Of a stretch of 57,714 nt of DNA, positions 1 to 12,389 are shown one piece after another. The stretch lies in assembly GCA_000437555.1 (NCBI GenBank), contig FR901028.1:58817-116530 (forward strand), written 5' to 3'. Below the pieces are notes generated by a model. The model saw only the letters and a list, made by a program, of their open reading frames with translations, had not been told where the DNA came from and searched no databases. Position numbers and translations under genes: made by a program. The first letter of the stretch is position 1, and each line of letters begins with the position of its first letter. Source of the stretch: Acidaminococcus sp. CAG:917 (lineage in GTDB: Bacteria > Bacillota > Clostridia > Christensenellales > CAG-917).

Positions 1-2
1 CC

Positions 3-314
3 GTAAAAGCAATAGTTTCGGCAGGCGGCATACCGTGTCTTGCTCACCCCAAAGCCTATCTTACCGACAAGAGCGCCGAGCTGCTTATCTCGGGACTTGT
101 AAAATACGGACTTAAGGCTCTCGAGGTGTCGTATCCTGCACACAACGAGACGGAAGAAAAGACGCTCAGGGCACTTGCGTCTAAATACCGCCTTATCCCG
201 ACGGCGGGAAGCGACTTCCACTACGAATCCTCCGACGGCTACAACGCCTCGTTTGTTCCCAAAATGGAAGAGGCGGACGTATTAAAACTTCTGCACGGAA
301 ACAAAACAAAATAA
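3..314 (+). CDS. PHP-domain metal-dependent phosphoesterase, C-terminal fragment (5' end outside window)
   Basis: The frame is open from the window edge. It reads ...GGIPCLAHPKAYL...LEVSYPAHNE...PTAGSDFHY, with His/Asp ligand motifs typical of the PHP family. Stop at 312-314. Confidence 0.6.
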   Translation, partial: VKAIVSAGGIPCLAHPKAYLTDKSAELLISGLVKYGLKALEVSYPAHNETEEKTLRALASKYRLIPTAGSDFHYESSDGYNASFVPKMEEADVLKLLHGNKTK

Positions 315-586
315 AGTTTAGTTTCAATTTGTCAATTTTAAGCTTTAGCCATTTTCCATATCAATTTTATTTGCTCATTTTCCTTACTCATTTTCTTTGC
401 TCATCTACGATTTCCTTTATCCCTTTTATTTATTTCATTTATTCATTTCTTTTTGCTCTGAATTTTTTTGCAAAATATAAATCGGGCATTTGTTGTTTTA
501 TATGCAATTCGCCGCATCATTTTAAAGTCATATTTTAACTCCCGCTTTTTTTGTTTAAAAATTCAGTAATTCGACAAACTAAAGAT

Positions 587-1852
587 ATGTATCGGCCGAA
601 AACTTCAATTTTTCGTCAAAAATTTATTTTTATTTTGCTTATTGCGCTTATTCTGTTGCAGGCGGCGATTTTTTCGGCAGCGATTTTTTCTCGTCAGGAT
701 TACCTCGTCGCGTTTGCTTTGGCAAATAATTCCGATAACGGCATAATCGACGCAAAAAATACTTTCGCGCTCAATGTGGAGATAAAAGGCGAAACGATTC
801 CGTTCGAGGCGATTTTCAACGAATCGGCCGCCAAAACGACAAAACGTTTCGGATATTTAAACACCTACAAAGCGGCTTTGAAGTTTACCGACTGCGAGAA
901 AGCGGCGGATTTTATATTCTTAAATCTGACAGCTTTTGCAAACGCTTTAAAACAGAAGTATGCCGTGGAATACATTCCGACGTCCTATTCGTTTAATTCC
1001 GGCAAAATATCCTATCATCAAGGAAGGGACGGATTGAATTTTTCAAAATCCGACTTTTACGAGACGGTATGCAAGGCAATAGACCTGAAGCTGGATAAGG
1101 TGAAAGTAGAGCTTGTCGAAAAGAAAGCGGAAGAACTTTCATCGTTTAAAAACAGCCACATTATCCGCGGACGCTTTTCGACGGCGTTTTATTCAAGCTC
1201 AAACGAGAGAGCGCACAACATTTCGCTTGCGGCTAAAAAGATAGACGGATACGTTTTAAATCCGGGCGAGACGTTTTCCTTTAACGAAGTCGTGGGAAAA
1301 CGCACGAGAGAAAACGGATTCAAAGATGCGAAAGTAATTTTAAACGGCGAATTTACCGACGGCGTGGGCGGAGGAACATGTCAGGTTTCCACGACGCTTT
1401 ATAACTGCGCTCTTCTTTCCGATATGCAGATAATCACTGTAAATCAGCATTCGTTGCCCGTATCATACGTTGCCCCGTCGTTCGACGCTATGGTGTCCGA
1501 CAGCGCCGATTTAAAATTTAAAAATACGTCTCAAGCTCCCGTGACGGTGCATAGCTTTATCAAAGACAGAAATCTGTATTTTTATATGATAGGCGTTAAA
1601 GGCAGAGAAATACAACTTGTTTCCGAAACGCTTAGCGTCATACCCTATAAAACGCAGATAATTACAACGGACGAAGTAACGGAAAAGACGGTAAAAAGAC
1701 AAGGCAAAAACGGTCTTATATCGCAAGGTTATATCGAAGTTTTTGAGGACGGAACAGTCAAAAAGGTTAAGATTAGGAAAAACACTTATAAGGCTCTCGA
1801 CGAAATAATCTTGACGCCTAAACAAGATTTGCTTATTGACTATCTCCCATAA
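587..1852 (+). CDS. VanW-family protein with N-terminal membrane anchor
   Basis: The track ORF is 551..1852. ATG 587 precedes the hydrophobic segment FIFILLIALILLQAAIF. The C-terminal half carries a VanW-type block GYVLNPGETFSFNEVVG...GGGTCQVSTTLYN. The start is uncertain (551 TTG vs 587 ATG). Confidence 0.8.
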   Translation: MYRPKTSIFRQKFIFILLIALILLQAAIFSAAIFSRQDYLVAFALANNSDNGIIDAKNTFALNVEIKGETIPFEAIFNESAAKTTKRFGYLNTYKAALKFTDCEKAADFIFLNLTAFANALKQKYAVEYIPTSYSFNSGKISYHQGRDGLNFSKSDFYETVCKAIDLKLDKVKVELVEKKAEELSSFKNSHIIRGRFSTAFYSSSNERAHNISLAAKKIDGYVLNPGETFSFNEVVGKRTRENGFKDAKVILNGEFTDGVGGGTCQVSTTLYNCALLSDMQIITVNQHSLPVSYVAPSFDAMVSDSADLKFKNTSQAPVTVHSFIKDRNLYFYMIGVKGREIQLVSETLSVIPYKTQIITTDEVTEKTVKRQGKNGLISQGYIEVFEDGTVKKVKIRKNTYKALDEIILTPKQDLLIDYLP

Positions 1853-1894
1853 AATGGTATAATTGTTTTATACTAAATGATAGCGGAGGAATTT

Positions 1895-3637
1895 ATGTCA
1901 TATCTTGATACTTATCAAAATTTTTTAGAAAGCCCTGAGCTTACCGAAGAAGAAAAAGCAAGGCTTTTGGAACTTACCGAAGAAGAAAAGAAAGAAATGT
2001 TTGCAATTCCGCTCGCATTCGGAACGGCAGGAATGAGAGGAGTGCTCGACCAGGGCACAAACCGTATGAACCGTTTTACCGTTCGCAGAGCAACGGAAGG
2101 GCTTGCAAACTATATAGAAACTTTAGGAGAACAGGCAAAACAGCAAGGCATCGTCATTTCATACGATACAAGACGTATGTCAACGGAATTTGCCATACTT
2201 GCGGCAAAAGTGTTGGACGCGCACAATATAAAGGTTTTTCTTTTTGAAAACGTCCGTCCCGTTCCCGTTTGCTCGTTTGCAATAAGGCATTTAAACGCGA
2301 TAGCCGGCATTATGATAACCGCATCGCACAACCCCAAAATTTACAACGGATACAAAGTATACGGCGAGGACGGCGCGCAAATGTCGCCCGAAGCCACGGC
2401 AAAGGTAGTCGAATTTATCGACAAGCTTGACTATTTCGGAATTGCCGAAGCCGACGTCAAACTCGATAAAGAATCCATTGTCGGCAAAGACAATTTAAAA
2501 GTTGATGCAAACGTCACTATAATAGGAAAGTCGCTCGACAACGCCTATTTTAAAGAGATACAAAAACTTTGCCTTTCTGCCGACGCCGTGAAGAAAGTGG
2601 GTAAAAACATCAAAATAGTTTATACCCCCATTCACGGAAGCGGATATATGCCCGTGACGACGATACTCGATATTATGAATATCCCCGTGACCGTCGTGCC
2701 CGAACAGGCAAAGCCCGACACGGAATTTTCAACCGTCAAAGTGCCGAATCCCGAAGAGAGCGACGCGCTTAAAATGGCAATCGAACTTGCCGACAAAATC
2801 GGCAGCGATATCTGCATAGGCACCGACCCCGACTGCGACAGAATGGGCGTGGCAATAAGAAACAGAGAGGGCAAATTCGTGCTTTTAAACGGCAACCAGA
2901 TTGGCGCGCTCCTTTGCGACTATATACTGCTCCGTCATAAGCAAAACGGCACCCTGCCCGCTAACGCCGCTATCGTAAAGACAATAGTCACCACCAATCT
3001 CGCAAACGAGATTGCCGCATCATACGGCGTCAAAACTTTTGACGTTTTGACAGGCTTTAAGTTTATCGGCGAAAAAATCAAAGAGTGGGAAAAGACGGGC
3101 GAATATACCTTTATGTTCGGCTATGAGGAAAGCTACGGATATCTCAGCGGCACGCACGCCAGAGATAAAGACGCCGTGGTCGCCTCTATGCTGTTTGCCG
3201 AAATGGCTTGCTTCTATGAGGCAAAAGGCTCTTCCGTATTCGACCGCCTTATGGAAATTTTCGACACGTTCGGATATTATATCGAAAAATCCGTCTCAAT
3301 CTTCTATGAAGGTCTTGACGGAATGGAAAAAATGAGCGCGATTATGGATAAGGCAAGAAGCACCGCCCTTGATAAAATCGACGAAAAGAAAGTTGTTTCG
3401 ACAAGCGACCTTTTAAATCAAATAGTTATAAACGCCGACGGCTCGAAAGAAGATACACACCTGCCCAAAACTAACGCCATTAAGTGGAAACTCGACGGCG
3501 GCGATTGGGTTTGCGTCCGTCCTTCCGGCACAGAGCCTAAACTCAAAATATACGTTGCAACAAAGGCAGGCTCGTCCGACAAAGCAAACGCCATAGCGGA
3601 AAAATACGTGGCGTATATGAAAGCGTTTTTATCCTGA
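1895..3637 (+). CDS. phosphoglucomutase/phosphomannomutase-family phosphosugar mutase
   Basis: Active-site loop TASHNPKIYNGYKVY and metal loop GTDPDCDRMG. A GGAGG lies 5 nt upstream of ATG 1895, whereas the track start 1877 has no RBS. Confidence 0.9.
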   Translation: MSYLDTYQNFLESPELTEEEKARLLELTEEEKKEMFAIPLAFGTAGMRGVLDQGTNRMNRFTVRRATEGLANYIETLGEQAKQQGIVISYDTRRMSTEFAILAAKVLDAHNIKVFLFENVRPVPVCSFAIRHLNAIAGIMITASHNPKIYNGYKVYGEDGAQMSPEATAKVVEFIDKLDYFGIAEADVKLDKESIVGKDNLKVDANVTIIGKSLDNAYFKEIQKLCLSADAVKKVGKNIKIVYTPIHGSGYMPVTTILDIMNIPVTVVPEQAKPDTEFSTVKVPNPEESDALKMAIELADKIGSDICIGTDPDCDRMGVAIRNREGKFVLLNGNQIGALLCDYILLRHKQNGTLPANAAIVKTIVTTNLANEIAASYGVKTFDVLTGFKFIGEKIKEWEKTGEYTFMFGYEESYGYLSGTHARDKDAVVASMLFAEMACFYEAKGSSVFDRLMEIFDTFGYYIEKSVSIFYEGLDGMEKMSAIMDKARSTALDKIDEKKVVSTSDLLNQIVINADGSKEDTHLPKTNAIKWKLDGGDWVCVRPSGTEPKLKIYVATKAGSSDKANAIAEKYVAYMKAFLS

Positions 3638-3767
3638 CGCGTAATACCGTTGGGCAAAAATGCTCGGTTTGAAAAACTCGAAAAATTTGACGGCAGGATT
3701 TAAAAAGTTTTGCGATGAATTGTCAAACTAAGTGCAACACTTGAAAGTATAATTAACCTTTGCATTT

Positions 3768-3793
3768 AAAAAAGCACCCTTCGGGTGCTTTTT
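3768..3793. terminator. bidirectional intrinsic terminator between convergent genes
   Basis: The hairpin is AAAAAAGCACCC-ttc-GGGTGCTTTTTT, with an A-run on one side and a T-run on the other. Confidence 0.8.
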
Positions 3794-3826
3794 CCATTAT
3801 AAATATTTAAAATATTCTCTCTATGT

Positions 3827-4651
3827 TTATTTTTCAATCGCCTGAGATTGATAGTCTTTTACCTCTGAGGGAACCGAAGCTATAGAGCTATTATCTATAT
3901 CCGTTATCACAAGAGAATAATCCGACACCACTTTTGAGTTTTCAAGAATATGATATAAAACTCCAAAGCTGCCGTTTTCGATAATGAGCTCCGCATTGCT
4001 TCCCTCCATAGGCATTGCCGTGATTTTCGAATTCTCGAGGAAAAGCTGAGGGAATATATAATTGAAAAACAAATTGTCTTCTAAAAAGGTATATTCGTTG
4101 TAGGCGCTGAAACTTTCGTTGCCGAAGACGCTCAAAGGATATTCTGCAGGGGAAGCATAAACGCCTTTCGTTGCGCTGTAAAGAGCAAATTCTCCGTCGG
4201 GATTTTTTATCGGAGCGGAATTCTCAACCGACGTATAATTTTTGAGTGAAATGCTATATTGCGTCTCGCCTTCAACATACTTATATTCCTTTGTCGAATA
4301 TGTCTCGCCGTTTGTCTCATTTACCGTTTCGACGTATGAAATTTTTGACACGTTGTCAACAGAAGCCGTTGCCGTTTCCGACCATATTGCCGTGTCGGAG
4401 TCTGCTGCCGCGTCGTATCTTATCTCTTTTATAACTATGGTATAGCTTTTAGCTTTCTTAACCAGGTTATAAAGATAATCAAACGTCATATCTTCGTAAA
4501 ACATCGGTGACTCCGTTTCAGGCGTCTGACTCTCGCCTTTATCAGACGGATTTGAATTGTTTTTGCTGCTTCCGTTACAGGCGGCAAAAACGACTGCCGA
4601 CAGTATAACGATGAGCAATACAGATAATAATACCAAAAACTTTCTTTTCAT
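3827..4651 (-). CDS. hypothetical lipoprotein
   Basis: Signal peptide MKRKFLVLLSVLLIVILSAVVFAAC with a lipobox (FAAC). The mature part is Ser/Asn/Glu-rich and I recognise no family. Confidence 0.7.
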   Translation of the reverse strand: MKRKFLVLLSVLLIVILSAVVFAACNGSSKNNSNPSDKGESQTPETESPMFYEDMTFDYLYNLVKKAKSYTIVIKEIRYDAAADSDTAIWSETATASVDNVSKISYVETVNETNGETYSTKEYKYVEGETQYSISLKNYTSVENSAPIKNPDGEFALYSATKGVYASPAEYPLSVFGNESFSAYNEYTFLEDNLFFNYIFPQLFLENSKITAMPMEGSNAELIIENGSFGVLYHILENSKVVSDYSLVITDIDNSSIASVPSEVKDYQSQAIEK

Positions 4652-4700
4652 TTTGTCTCACCTTTAAATTTACTTTAGTGTCATTTTACTTTATATAATA

Positions 4701-4733
4701 AAAAAAAGCAATCTTTTATCTTTAAAGATTGCC
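4701..4733 (-). terminator. intrinsic terminator after carB
   Basis: The minus strand reads GCAATCTT-taaagata-AAGATTGC followed by T8. Confidence 0.75.
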
Positions 4734-4806
4734 TTAATTCCGTGTTTTTAATTTGCACCGCTTCAGTCCGACTTTGCTCAAACGGCAAAGTGATTATCCT
4801 TTGTCG

Positions 4807-7800
4807 CTATTCCGCGTCAATTGTCGAAACATTCATAGTAATTTCCTCAAGCACGTCAAGCAAAACTCTTACCGTATCGAGAGACGTAAACACGGTTACG
4901 TTGTTTTCGACGGCGCATTGCCTTATCTGAGAGCCGTCCGAAAGCCTGTGTTCCGAACGGACGTCTCTTGTGTTTATGACGTAGGTGACGTATCCCTGCC
5001 TTATTGAATCGAGCATATCGGTTGACCCTTCGCTTATTTTTTTCCTTATCCTCGTTTTAATGCCGTTGCTCTTTAAAAACTTTGCCGTTCCCTCGGTGGC
5101 TTCTATGTTGAAGCCGAGATTGTAAAAACGCCTTATTAAAGGAAGCGCTTCGCTCTTATCGTCGTCGGCTATCGTAATCAGCACCGTGCCGTAATTCTGC
5201 ACTTTGACTCCCGCCGCCGCAAGCGCTTTATACAGCGCTCTCGTCAGAGTTTTGTCATATCCTATCGCTTCGCCCGTCGATTTCATCTCGGGAGAGAGGT
5301 GCGAATCCATGCCTCGTAGTTTCGCAAACGAAAAAGCGGGAACTTTGACGTACCAACGCTTTTTCTCGTCGGGATAAATTTTATCGAATCCCTGCTCTTT
5401 CAAGCTCTTGCCCAAAATAACGAGCGTTGCGATATCGGCAATCGGATAACCGGTAGCCTTTGACAGAAAAGGAACGGTTCTCGACGAACGCGGATTGACC
5501 TCGATAATATAAACGTTTTCGTCCTTATCCACAATAAACTGAATGTTGTAAAGCCCCTTTATTCCTATTCCCCTGCCAAGTTTCAAGGTGTAGTCTAAAA
5601 TGGTATCCTTAACCTTTTGCGAAATGCTGAACGTGGGATAAACGCTTATCGAATCGCCCGAATGTACGCCCGTCCTTTCGACGAGTTCCATAATGCCGGG
5701 GACGAAGACGTCCTTGCCGTCGCATACGGCGTCTACTTCCACTTCCTTTCCGCTGATGTATTTATCCACCAAAACGGGTTTATCCTCATCGATTTCGACG
5801 GCAGTTTTTAAATAGTGGCGAAGCTGCTGTTCGTTTGCTACAATACGCATTGCCCTGCCTCCCAAGACAAAGCTCGGACGGACAAGCACGGGATAGCCTA
5901 TCTCTCCTGCCGCTTTTATGCCCTCTTCGATATCCGTAACCGCTCTGCCTTTGGGCTGCGGAATTTTTAGCGACGCCAAAAGTTTTTCAAAAGCGTCGCG
6001 GTTTTCCGCCTTTTCGATTGCGGCGCAGTCGGTGCCGATGATATTGACGCCCCTGTCCGTAAGCGGTTGAGCAAGGTTTATCGCAGTCTGACCGCCAAGC
6101 GAAGCTATTACTCCTTCAGGCTTTTCAAATTCAATCACGTTCATGACGTCCTCTGTGCATAGCGGCTCAAAATAAAGCTTGTCCGACGTCGTATAATCCG
6201 TCGAAACGGTTTCGGGATTGTTGTTAATAATTATGGCTTCGTATCCCGCTTGCTTTATGGTTTTTACGGCATGCACGGTGGAGTAGTCAAATTCGACGCC
6301 CTGACCTATACGGATAGGTCCGCTGCCCAAAACGACTACTTTTTTGTTTTCCGACACAACCGATTCGTTCTGCTTTTCATACGTCGAATAAAAATAAGGG
6401 ATATAGCTGTCAAACTCGGAAGCACAGCTGTCAATCATTTTGTATACGGGTTTAATGCCTTTCTTTTGACGCATATTATAAATTTCAAGCTCGTCTGTTT
6501 GCCAAAGTCTTGCGACAGCCTTATCCGAAAAGCCGAACGTCTTTGCCTCTATAAGACATTCCGTATCGCCCTTGTTTTCTTTTAATTTTTCTTCGATATC
6601 GATGATATGCTTTATCTTTGAGATAAAAAACACGTCTATCTTAGTTGCCTTTGCAATTTCCTTCGGCGGGGTTTTAAGTCTTAAAAGCTGAGCTATGGCA
6701 TAAAGTCGGTCGTCCGTGCCTCTTTCGATATATTCAAACAGTTCCGCTTTCGACATAGAATCGAATTTTGCCATATACACGTGGTCTACGCCTATCTCAA
6801 GGGAGCGGACGGCTTTTAAAAGGCTTTCCTCTATCGTTCTGCCCACGCTCATTACTTCGCCGGTCGCTTTCATCTGAGTTCCGAGACAGTTGTTTGCGTC
6901 CTCGAATTTGTCAAACGGAAAACGCGGCATTTTGGTTACCACATAGTCGAGTGACGGCTCAAAAGAAGCGGGAGTATTGGCAAGCATAATTTCGTCGAGG
7001 TTCATTCCTATGCCAATCTTTGCCGATACTCTTGCAATGGGATATCCGCTGGCTTTACTCGCAAGCGCAGACGAACGGCTGACTCTCGGATTTACTTCTA
7101 TAAGATAATATTGAAAAGATTTCGGGTCTAAGGCAAACTGCACGTTGCAACCGCCCTTTATTTTTAATGCTCTGATGATTTTGAGCGCCGACGACCTTAG
7201 CATCTGATATTCTCTGTTTGTGAGAGTCTGCGACGGACAAAAGACAATCGAATCGCCGGTATGTATACCGACGGGGTCAAAATTTTCCATATTGCAAATT
7301 GCAATCGCCGTGTCGTTTGCGTCACGCATTACTTCGTATTCGATTTCTTTATAACCCTTTATACTCTTTTCGACAAGCACCTGGTGAGTGGGCGACAGAT
7401 AAAGTGCGTTTTTGATTATCTCCAAAAATTCCGTTTCGTTGTCGGCAAAACCGCCGCCCGTGCCGCCCAAAGTGAAAGCGGGTCTTAAAACGACGGGATA
7501 TCCTATCTTCTTTACCGCCTCCAAGCCTTCCTCGACGGAATTTGCGATTTCCGACGGCAAAACGGGTTCGCCCAGTCTTTGACATAACTCTTTGAACAGT
7601 TCACGGTCTTCCGCCATTTCGATACTTTCGCTGCTCGTTCCCAAAAGCTCTACACGGCACTCTTTGAGTATGCCTTTTTTCTCAAGCTGCATGGCAATGT
7701 TAAGCCCCGTCTGACCGCCTATACCGGGGATTATCGCGTCCGGTCGTTCATACCTTATAATTCTTGCGACGTATTCGAGCGTCAACGGCTCCATATAAAC

Positions 7801-7989
7801 TTTGTCGGCAACGGACGTATCCGTCATAATGGTTGCCGGGTTAGAGTTGCAAAGCACAACCTCATAGCCCTCTTCTTTAAGGGCGAGGCAAGCCTGCGTT
7901 CCAGCATAGTCGAATTCCGCCGCCTGACCTATAACAATAGGTCCGCTTCCTATAACAAGTATCTTTTTTAAGTCTTCTCTTTTGGGCAT
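4807..7989 (-). CDS. carB: carbamoyl-phosphate synthase large subunit
   Basis: 1060 aa with a duplicated ATP-grasp architecture. N-terminus [33 protein letters not shown], second repeat [17 protein letters not shown], and an MGS-like C-terminus. Confidence 0.97.
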   Translation of the reverse strand: MPKREDLKKILVIGSGPIVIGQAAEFDYAGTQACLALKEEGYEVVLCNSNPATIMTDTSVADKVYMEPLTLEYVARIIRYERPDAIIPGIGGQTGLNIAMQLEKKGILKECRVELLGTSSESIEMAEDRELFKELCQRLGEPVLPSEIANSVEEGLEAVKKIGYPVVLRPAFTLGGTGGGFADNETEFLEIIKNALYLSPTHQVLVEKSIKGYKEIEYEVMRDANDTAIAICNMENFDPVGIHTGDSIVFCPSQTLTNREYQMLRSSALKIIRALKIKGGCNVQFALDPKSFQYYLIEVNPRVSRSSALASKASGYPIARVSAKIGIGMNLDEIMLANTPASFEPSLDYVVTKMPRFPFDKFEDANNCLGTQMKATGEVMSVGRTIEESLLKAVRSLEIGVDHVYMAKFDSMSKAELFEYIERGTDDRLYAIAQLLRLKTPPKEIAKATKIDVFFISKIKHIIDIEEKLKENKGDTECLIEAKTFGFSDKAVARLWQTDELEIYNMRQKKGIKPVYKMIDSCASEFDSYIPYFYSTYEKQNESVVSENKKVVVLGSGPIRIGQGVEFDYSTVHAVKTIKQAGYEAIIINNNPETVSTDYTTSDKLYFEPLCTEDVMNVIEFEKPEGVIASLGGQTAINLAQPLTDRGVNIIGTDCAAIEKAENRDAFEKLLASLKIPQPKGRAVTDIEEGIKAAGEIGYPVLVRPSFVLGGRAMRIVANEQQLRHYLKTAVEIDEDKPVLVDKYISGKEVEVDAVCDGKDVFVPGIMELVERTGVHSGDSISVYPTFSISQKVKDTILDYTLKLGRGIGIKGLYNIQFIVDKDENVYIIEVNPRSSRTVPFLSKATGYPIADIATLVILGKSLKEQGFDKIYPDEKKRWYVKVPAFSFAKLRGMDSHLSPEMKSTGEAIGYDKTLTRALYKALAAAGVKVQNYGTVLITIADDDKSEALPLIRRFYNLGFNIEATEGTAKFLKSNGIKTRIRKKISEGSTDMLDSIRQGYVTYVINTRDVRSEHRLSDGSQIRQCAVENNVTVFTSLDTVRVLLDVLEEITMNVSTIDAE

Positions 7990-9075
7990 TTATTTTTTCT
8001 CCTTCATCGAAATGATGAATTTGTCAAACAGATATGAGCTGTCGCAAGGTCCGGGACAGCTTTCGGGGTGATATTGCACGCTGAAAATGTTGTCCTCTTT
8101 ACACTCTACACCCTCCACCGTGTTGTCGAGAATGTTGACGTGCGTTACTGTGAGCGGCGTGCCCTCTAGGCTCTTGGCGTCGACGGCATATGAATGGTTT
8201 TGCGACGTCACTTCCACTTTGCCGTTTTCAAGATTGCGGACGGGGTGATTTCCTCCCCTGTGTCCGAATTTGAGTTTATACGTCTTTGCGCCGTATGCGA
8301 GCGATATGAGCTGATGACCTAAACAAATTCCGAAAACGGGGTATTTGCCCTTTATCTTTTTAATAAGCTCGATGACAGGCTCGACGTCGGTCGGGTTGCC
8401 GGGGCCGTTTGAAAAAAACACGCCGTCGGGTTTAATTTTAGCAATCTCTTCCGCCGTCGTGTTCCATGGAACGACAATGACGTCGCACTCTCTTTCGTTT
8501 AAAGAGCGGACGATATTAAGTTTTATACCGCAGTCAACAGCGACGACCTTAAACTTTGCGCCTTTGACTTTCGACTCCCACGCCTTTTTACAGCTTACGC
8601 GGCTGACAGCGTCGGTTTTGAGCGGAGTAGTTTTTAAAATTTCCAACGCCTTATCTATAGGCGTATCCGCACTCGTGATGAGCACTTTTCTGCTTCCGAA
8701 ATCCCTTATGGAACGGGTGAGCTGACGTGTATCCACACCGCTTATACCCGTGACGTTATACTTCTTCATAACGTGGTCAAGCGTTGCCACGCTTCCGAAA
8801 TTTGACGGCTCATCGTTATATTCTTTGACTACAAGCCCCCCGATTGTCGGAGTTTTCGTTTCATAGTCCCACGCCGTCATTCCGTAATTGCCGATGAGCG
8901 GATAAGTCATAACAACCGTCTGATAAGTATAAGAAGGGTCGGATACAATTTCTTGATATCCAACCATAGAAGTGTTAAAAACTATTTCCGTTACCTTTTC
9001 GCTTTTGGAGCCGAAATAATAGCCGAAGTATTCGCTTTTGTCCTCAAAAACAAGTTTTGCGTCAAACTTTTTCAT
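7990..9075 (-). CDS. carA: carbamoyl-phosphate synthase small (glutaminase) subunit
   Basis: 361 aa with triad-GATase motifs GICLGHQL and VQYHPE. It directly abuts the carB start. Confidence 0.95.
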   Translation of the reverse strand: MKKFDAKLVFEDKSEYFGYYFGSKSEKVTEIVFNTSMVGYQEIVSDPSYTYQTVVMTYPLIGNYGMTAWDYETKTPTIGGLVVKEYNDEPSNFGSVATLDHVMKKYNVTGISGVDTRQLTRSIRDFGSRKVLITSADTPIDKALEILKTTPLKTDAVSRVSCKKAWESKVKGAKFKVVAVDCGIKLNIVRSLNERECDVIVVPWNTTAEEIAKIKPDGVFFSNGPGNPTDVEPVIELIKKIKGKYPVFGICLGHQLISLAYGAKTYKLKFGHRGGNHPVRNLENGKVEVTSQNHSYAVDAKSLEGTPLTVTHVNILDNTVEGVECKEDNIFSVQYHPESCPGPCDSSYLFDKFIISMKEKK

Positions 9076-10685
9076 TGTGACCTCTTTTGTCTTATATCTA
9101 AACCTGCACTTAAAAACTGTTTGAACAGCGGGTGAGGTTTGTTTGGTCTGCTTTTAAATTCGGGGTGAAACTGAACGCCCACATAAAACGGCATGTCGCT
9201 TATTTCCACCGCCTCGACAAGACGGTTGTCGGGTGACGTTCCGCAAACAGTGAGTCCCGCTTCGACGAATTGCTGTCTGTAAACGTTGTTAAACTCATAG
9301 CGGTGGCGGTGTCTTTCGTCTATTTTATCCAATCCGTAAGCTTTTCTCATTACGGTATGCGGAGCGATACCGCAGGGATAACTGCCAAGCCTGAGTGTGC
9401 CGCCCTTGCCGATTTCATCGCTTTGCCCCGGCATAAAATCGATAACCTTATGAGCGCACTCTTTATCGAATTCGCCGGAGTTGGCGTCCGATATTCCCAA
9501 AACGTCCCTTGCGTATTCGATGACGGCAATTTGCATTCCTAAGCATATTCCGAAATACGGCACGCCATTTTCACGCGCGTATTTTGCGGCAAGAATCATT
9601 CCCTCAATACCTCTTTGTCCAAAGCCTCCGGGAACAATGATTGCGTCTACCTCGCCGAGCGCAGACTCGACCGTTTCGTTTGTGAGCGTTTCGGAATCTA
9701 TCCACTTTATCTCGACATCCGAATCAAGCGAATATGCCGCATGCTTCAACGCTTCAGATACGGACAGATAGGCGTCGTGCAAACGCACGTATTTACCTAC
9801 CAATCCCACCGTTATATTTTGCTTCCTGTTTTTTATCTTGTCAATCATTTCACGCCATTCTTTAAGGTTCGGTTCTTTAGTTTTTATCGAAAGTTCACGG
9901 CACACAATTCCCGAAAAGTTTTGCTTTTCCAGCATGAGCGGAGCTTCGTATAAAACGGGGATTGTCATGTTTTCAAACACGCAGTCGCGTTTGACGTTAC
10001 AAAAGAGGGATATCTTGTCAAATATACTTTTTTCCAAAGGCTCGTCGCATCTGAGCACTATTATGTCGGGATTTATTCCCATACCCAAAAGCTCTTTGAC
10101 GGAGTGCTGCGTGGGTTTGGATTTATGCTCGTCGCTGCCCTTTAAATAAGGAACTAAAGTGACGTGTATAAACAAGCTGTTTTCTCTGCCTACCTCGAGG
10201 GATATCTGTCTTACCGCTTCGATAAAGGGCTGCGATTCTATATCGCCTATGGTTCCGCCTATCTCGGTGATGACGACGTCGGCGTCCGTCTTTTTTGCAA
10301 CGGCGTATATAAACTGTTTTATCTCGTCCGTGACGTGAGGTATGACCTGAATTGTAGAGCCTAAATATTCGCCCCTTCTTTCTTTGTTTAAAACGTTCCA
10401 ATAAATCTTGCCCGTCGTAAGGTTGGAATATTTATTGAGGTTTTCATCGATAAATCTTTCATAATGTCCGAGGTCGAGGTCGGTTTCCGCTCCGTCTTCG
10501 GTGACGAACACCTCGCCGTGCTGATAAGGACTCATGGTTCCGGGGTCTACGTTGATATACGGGTCGAGTTTTTGCGCCGCAACCTTTAACCCTCTCGCCT
10601 TTAAAAGTCTGCCCAGCGATGCCGCCGTTATTCCTTTGCCGAGCCCCGAAACGACTCCGCCCGTTACAAATATATATTTTGTCAT
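9072..10685 (-). CDS. pyrG: CTP synthase
   Basis: N-terminus [23 protein letters not shown] and GATase motifs GICLGMQ and QFHPEF. It overlaps the carA start by 4 nt, consistent with an operon. Confidence 0.97.
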   Translation of the reverse strand: MTKYIFVTGGVVSGLGKGITAASLGRLLKARGLKVAAQKLDPYINVDPGTMSPYQHGEVFVTEDGAETDLDLGHYERFIDENLNKYSNLTTGKIYWNVLNKERRGEYLGSTIQVIPHVTDEIKQFIYAVAKKTDADVVITEIGGTIGDIESQPFIEAVRQISLEVGRENSLFIHVTLVPYLKGSDEHKSKPTQHSVKELLGMGINPDIIVLRCDEPLEKSIFDKISLFCNVKRDCVFENMTIPVLYEAPLMLEKQNFSGIVCRELSIKTKEPNLKEWREMIDKIKNRKQNITVGLVGKYVRLHDAYLSVSEALKHAAYSLDSDVEIKWIDSETLTNETVESALGEVDAIIVPGGFGQRGIEGMILAAKYARENGVPYFGICLGMQIAVIEYARDVLGISDANSGEFDKECAHKVIDFMPGQSDEIGKGGTLRLGSYPCGIAPHTVMRKAYGLDKIDERHRHRYEFNNVYRQQFVEAGLTVCGTSPDNRLVEAVEISDMPFYVGVQFHPEFKSRPNKPHPLFKQFLSAGLDIRQKRSQ

Positions 10686-10808
10686 ATCCTCTCCTTTTCC
10701 GAAATTTACGCAATTTATATTGCCTTTGATTTAAAAATATTTCGTTTGCTTGTTTTTGCCCGATACATAAACTTTCACTGATTATATGCAGCCGATTGGG
10801 CCGTCTTT

Positions 10809-12389
10809 TTAAACTCCGCTGTCGCCGTAGTTTGAAAGCACTCTTGCCGACGGGTCGTCAACCTTGCAACCCGGCCAAGTTTCGTTAGGCATCCAGAATG
10901 CGGGAATCATTTGCGACTGCCCCGTGTAATATTTTTCGAATATTTCACGGTAAAGGAGCGACTCTTTAGATATCGGCGGAACGTGAGCGTATTTCTTTCT
11001 CTTTTCTTCAAATTCCGCATCGGTATATTTTCCGTTTGCGTATTCTTTTAAATAATCGACCATAGAATGTCCCACGGCGTCGGAAAATGCCGCTTTTTCT
11101 CTCATAAGAATATCGTGAGGCAAATAGCTTCCGTCCTCAAAAGCGTGACGCAAAAGATATTTACCCTTGCCGTATACGTTCATCTTCTTTTGAGCGTCTA
11201 TCGCCATAACGTAGCTTGCAAAATCGAGGTCACCGAACGGAACGCGTGCCTCTATCGAGTTTACGGATATGCATCTGTCCGCTCTTAAAACGTCGTAATA
11301 GTGAAGCTCTCTTATTCTCTTTTGCGATTCTTTTTGAAATTCGTCTGCCGACGGCGCAAAGTCGGTGTATTTATATCCGAAAAGCTCGTCCGATATCTCG
11401 CCCGTAAGTAACACTCTGATATCCGTGTTTTCGTGTATGTATTTGCAAACAAGATACATTCCCATGCTTGCCCTTATAGTGGTGATATCATACGTTGCTA
11501 AAAGCTCTATCACTTTTTCGAGAGAATCGATGACCTGCTCTTTCGTCATTATGACCTCGGTGTGATCGGAATGAATGTATTGTGCCACCTGCCTTGCGTA
11601 TTTAAGGTCGATTGCGTCTCCCTCCATACCGATTGCAAACGTCCTTATCGGAGTTTTGTATTCTTTTGCGGCTATTGCGCAGACAAGCGAGGAATCAAGC
11701 CCGCCTGACAGCAAAAATCCCACTTTGGCGTCGGATATAAGCCTCTTTTTAACGGCTGCTACAAGTTTTTCTTTAATGTTTCTGCAAACGGTTTCAAGGT
11801 CGTCCGATACGGTTTTGTCAACCTCTGTCATGTCCCTGTAACAGACAAACTTACCGTCCTCATAATAATGTCCGGGAGGAAACGGAAAAATTTTATCCAC
11901 AAGCCCCATAAGACTTTTCGGCTCTGAAGCAAACATTATATTTTGCGACTTTGTATAACCGTAGTAGAGCGGGCGGATTCCTATCGGGTCCCTTGCCGCT
12001 ATAAACTTGCCTTTTTTGCCGTCGTATATGACAAGCGCAAATTCCGCATCGAGCATTTTAAACATCGAAACGGAATACTTTTCGTAAAGCGGAAGAAGTA
12101 TTTCGCAATCGCTGTCGCTTTTAAAACTATATTCGCTTTTAAGTTCTTCTTTTATCTTCCGATATCCGTATATCTCTCCGTTGCAAACGACATAATTTCC
12201 GTTTAAGGTAAAAGGCTGCATACCTTCAGCGGTCAGCCCCATAATCGAGAGCCTGCCAAAGCCCATTATTCCGTCTTTTAATCCGACTACTTTCATATCG
12301 TCAGGACCTCTCGAGTGCGTCTTATACAATGCCTCTTTTATGTCCTCGCACTCTATATCCCTTCCCGTATAACACATTATCGTACACAT
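10809..12389 (-). CDS. asnB: asparagine synthase (glutamine-hydrolysing)
   Basis: Ntn-type Met-Cys start (MCTIMC...) and the PP-loop LLSGGLDSS. A GAGAGG RBS lies 6 nt upstream of ATG 12389. Confidence 0.9.
   Translation of the reverse strand: MCTIMCYTGRDIECEDIKEALYKTHSRGPDDMKVVGLKDGIMGFGRLSIMGLTAEGMQPFTLNGNYVVCNGEIYGYRKIKEELKSEYSFKSDSDCEILLPLYEKYSVSMFKMLDAEFALVIYDGKKGKFIAARDPIGIRPLYYGYTKSQNIMFASEPKSLMGLVDKIFPFPPGHYYEDGKFVCYRDMTEVDKTVSDDLETVCRNIKEKLVAAVKKRLISDAKVGFLLSGGLDSSLVCAIAAKEYKTPIRTFAIGMEGDAIDLKYARQVAQYIHSDHTEVIMTKEQVIDSLEKVIELLATYDITTIRASMGMYLVCKYIHENTDIRVLLTGEISDELFGYKYTDFAPSADEFQKESQKRIRELHYYDVLRADRCISVNSIEARVPFGDLDFASYVMAIDAQKKMNVYGKGKYLLRHAFEDGSYLPHDILMREKAAFSDAVGHSMVDYLKEYANGKYTDAEFEEKRKKYAHVPPISKESLLYREIFEKYYTGQSQMIPAFWMPNETWPGCKVDDPSARVLSNYGDSGV

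Noticed and set aside
329-538. 69-aa hydrophobic ORF (MSILSFSHFPYQFYLLIF...) and a loose CTCATTTTC repeat. A similar T-rich stretch lies at 24440-24530 (ORF 24461..24664).
   Set aside because: These are products of T-rich low-complexity intergenic DNA. There is no RBS, the Phe/Leu/Ser bias follows from poly-T, and I treat the stretches as promoter or spacer sequence.
10686-10808. pyrG leader attenuator (reiterative-transcription type) or a PyrR site upstream of pyrG-carAB.
   Set aside because: No GC-rich hairpin plus U-run and no PyrR box are visible in the 120-nt leader. Only a weak TATAAT is present.
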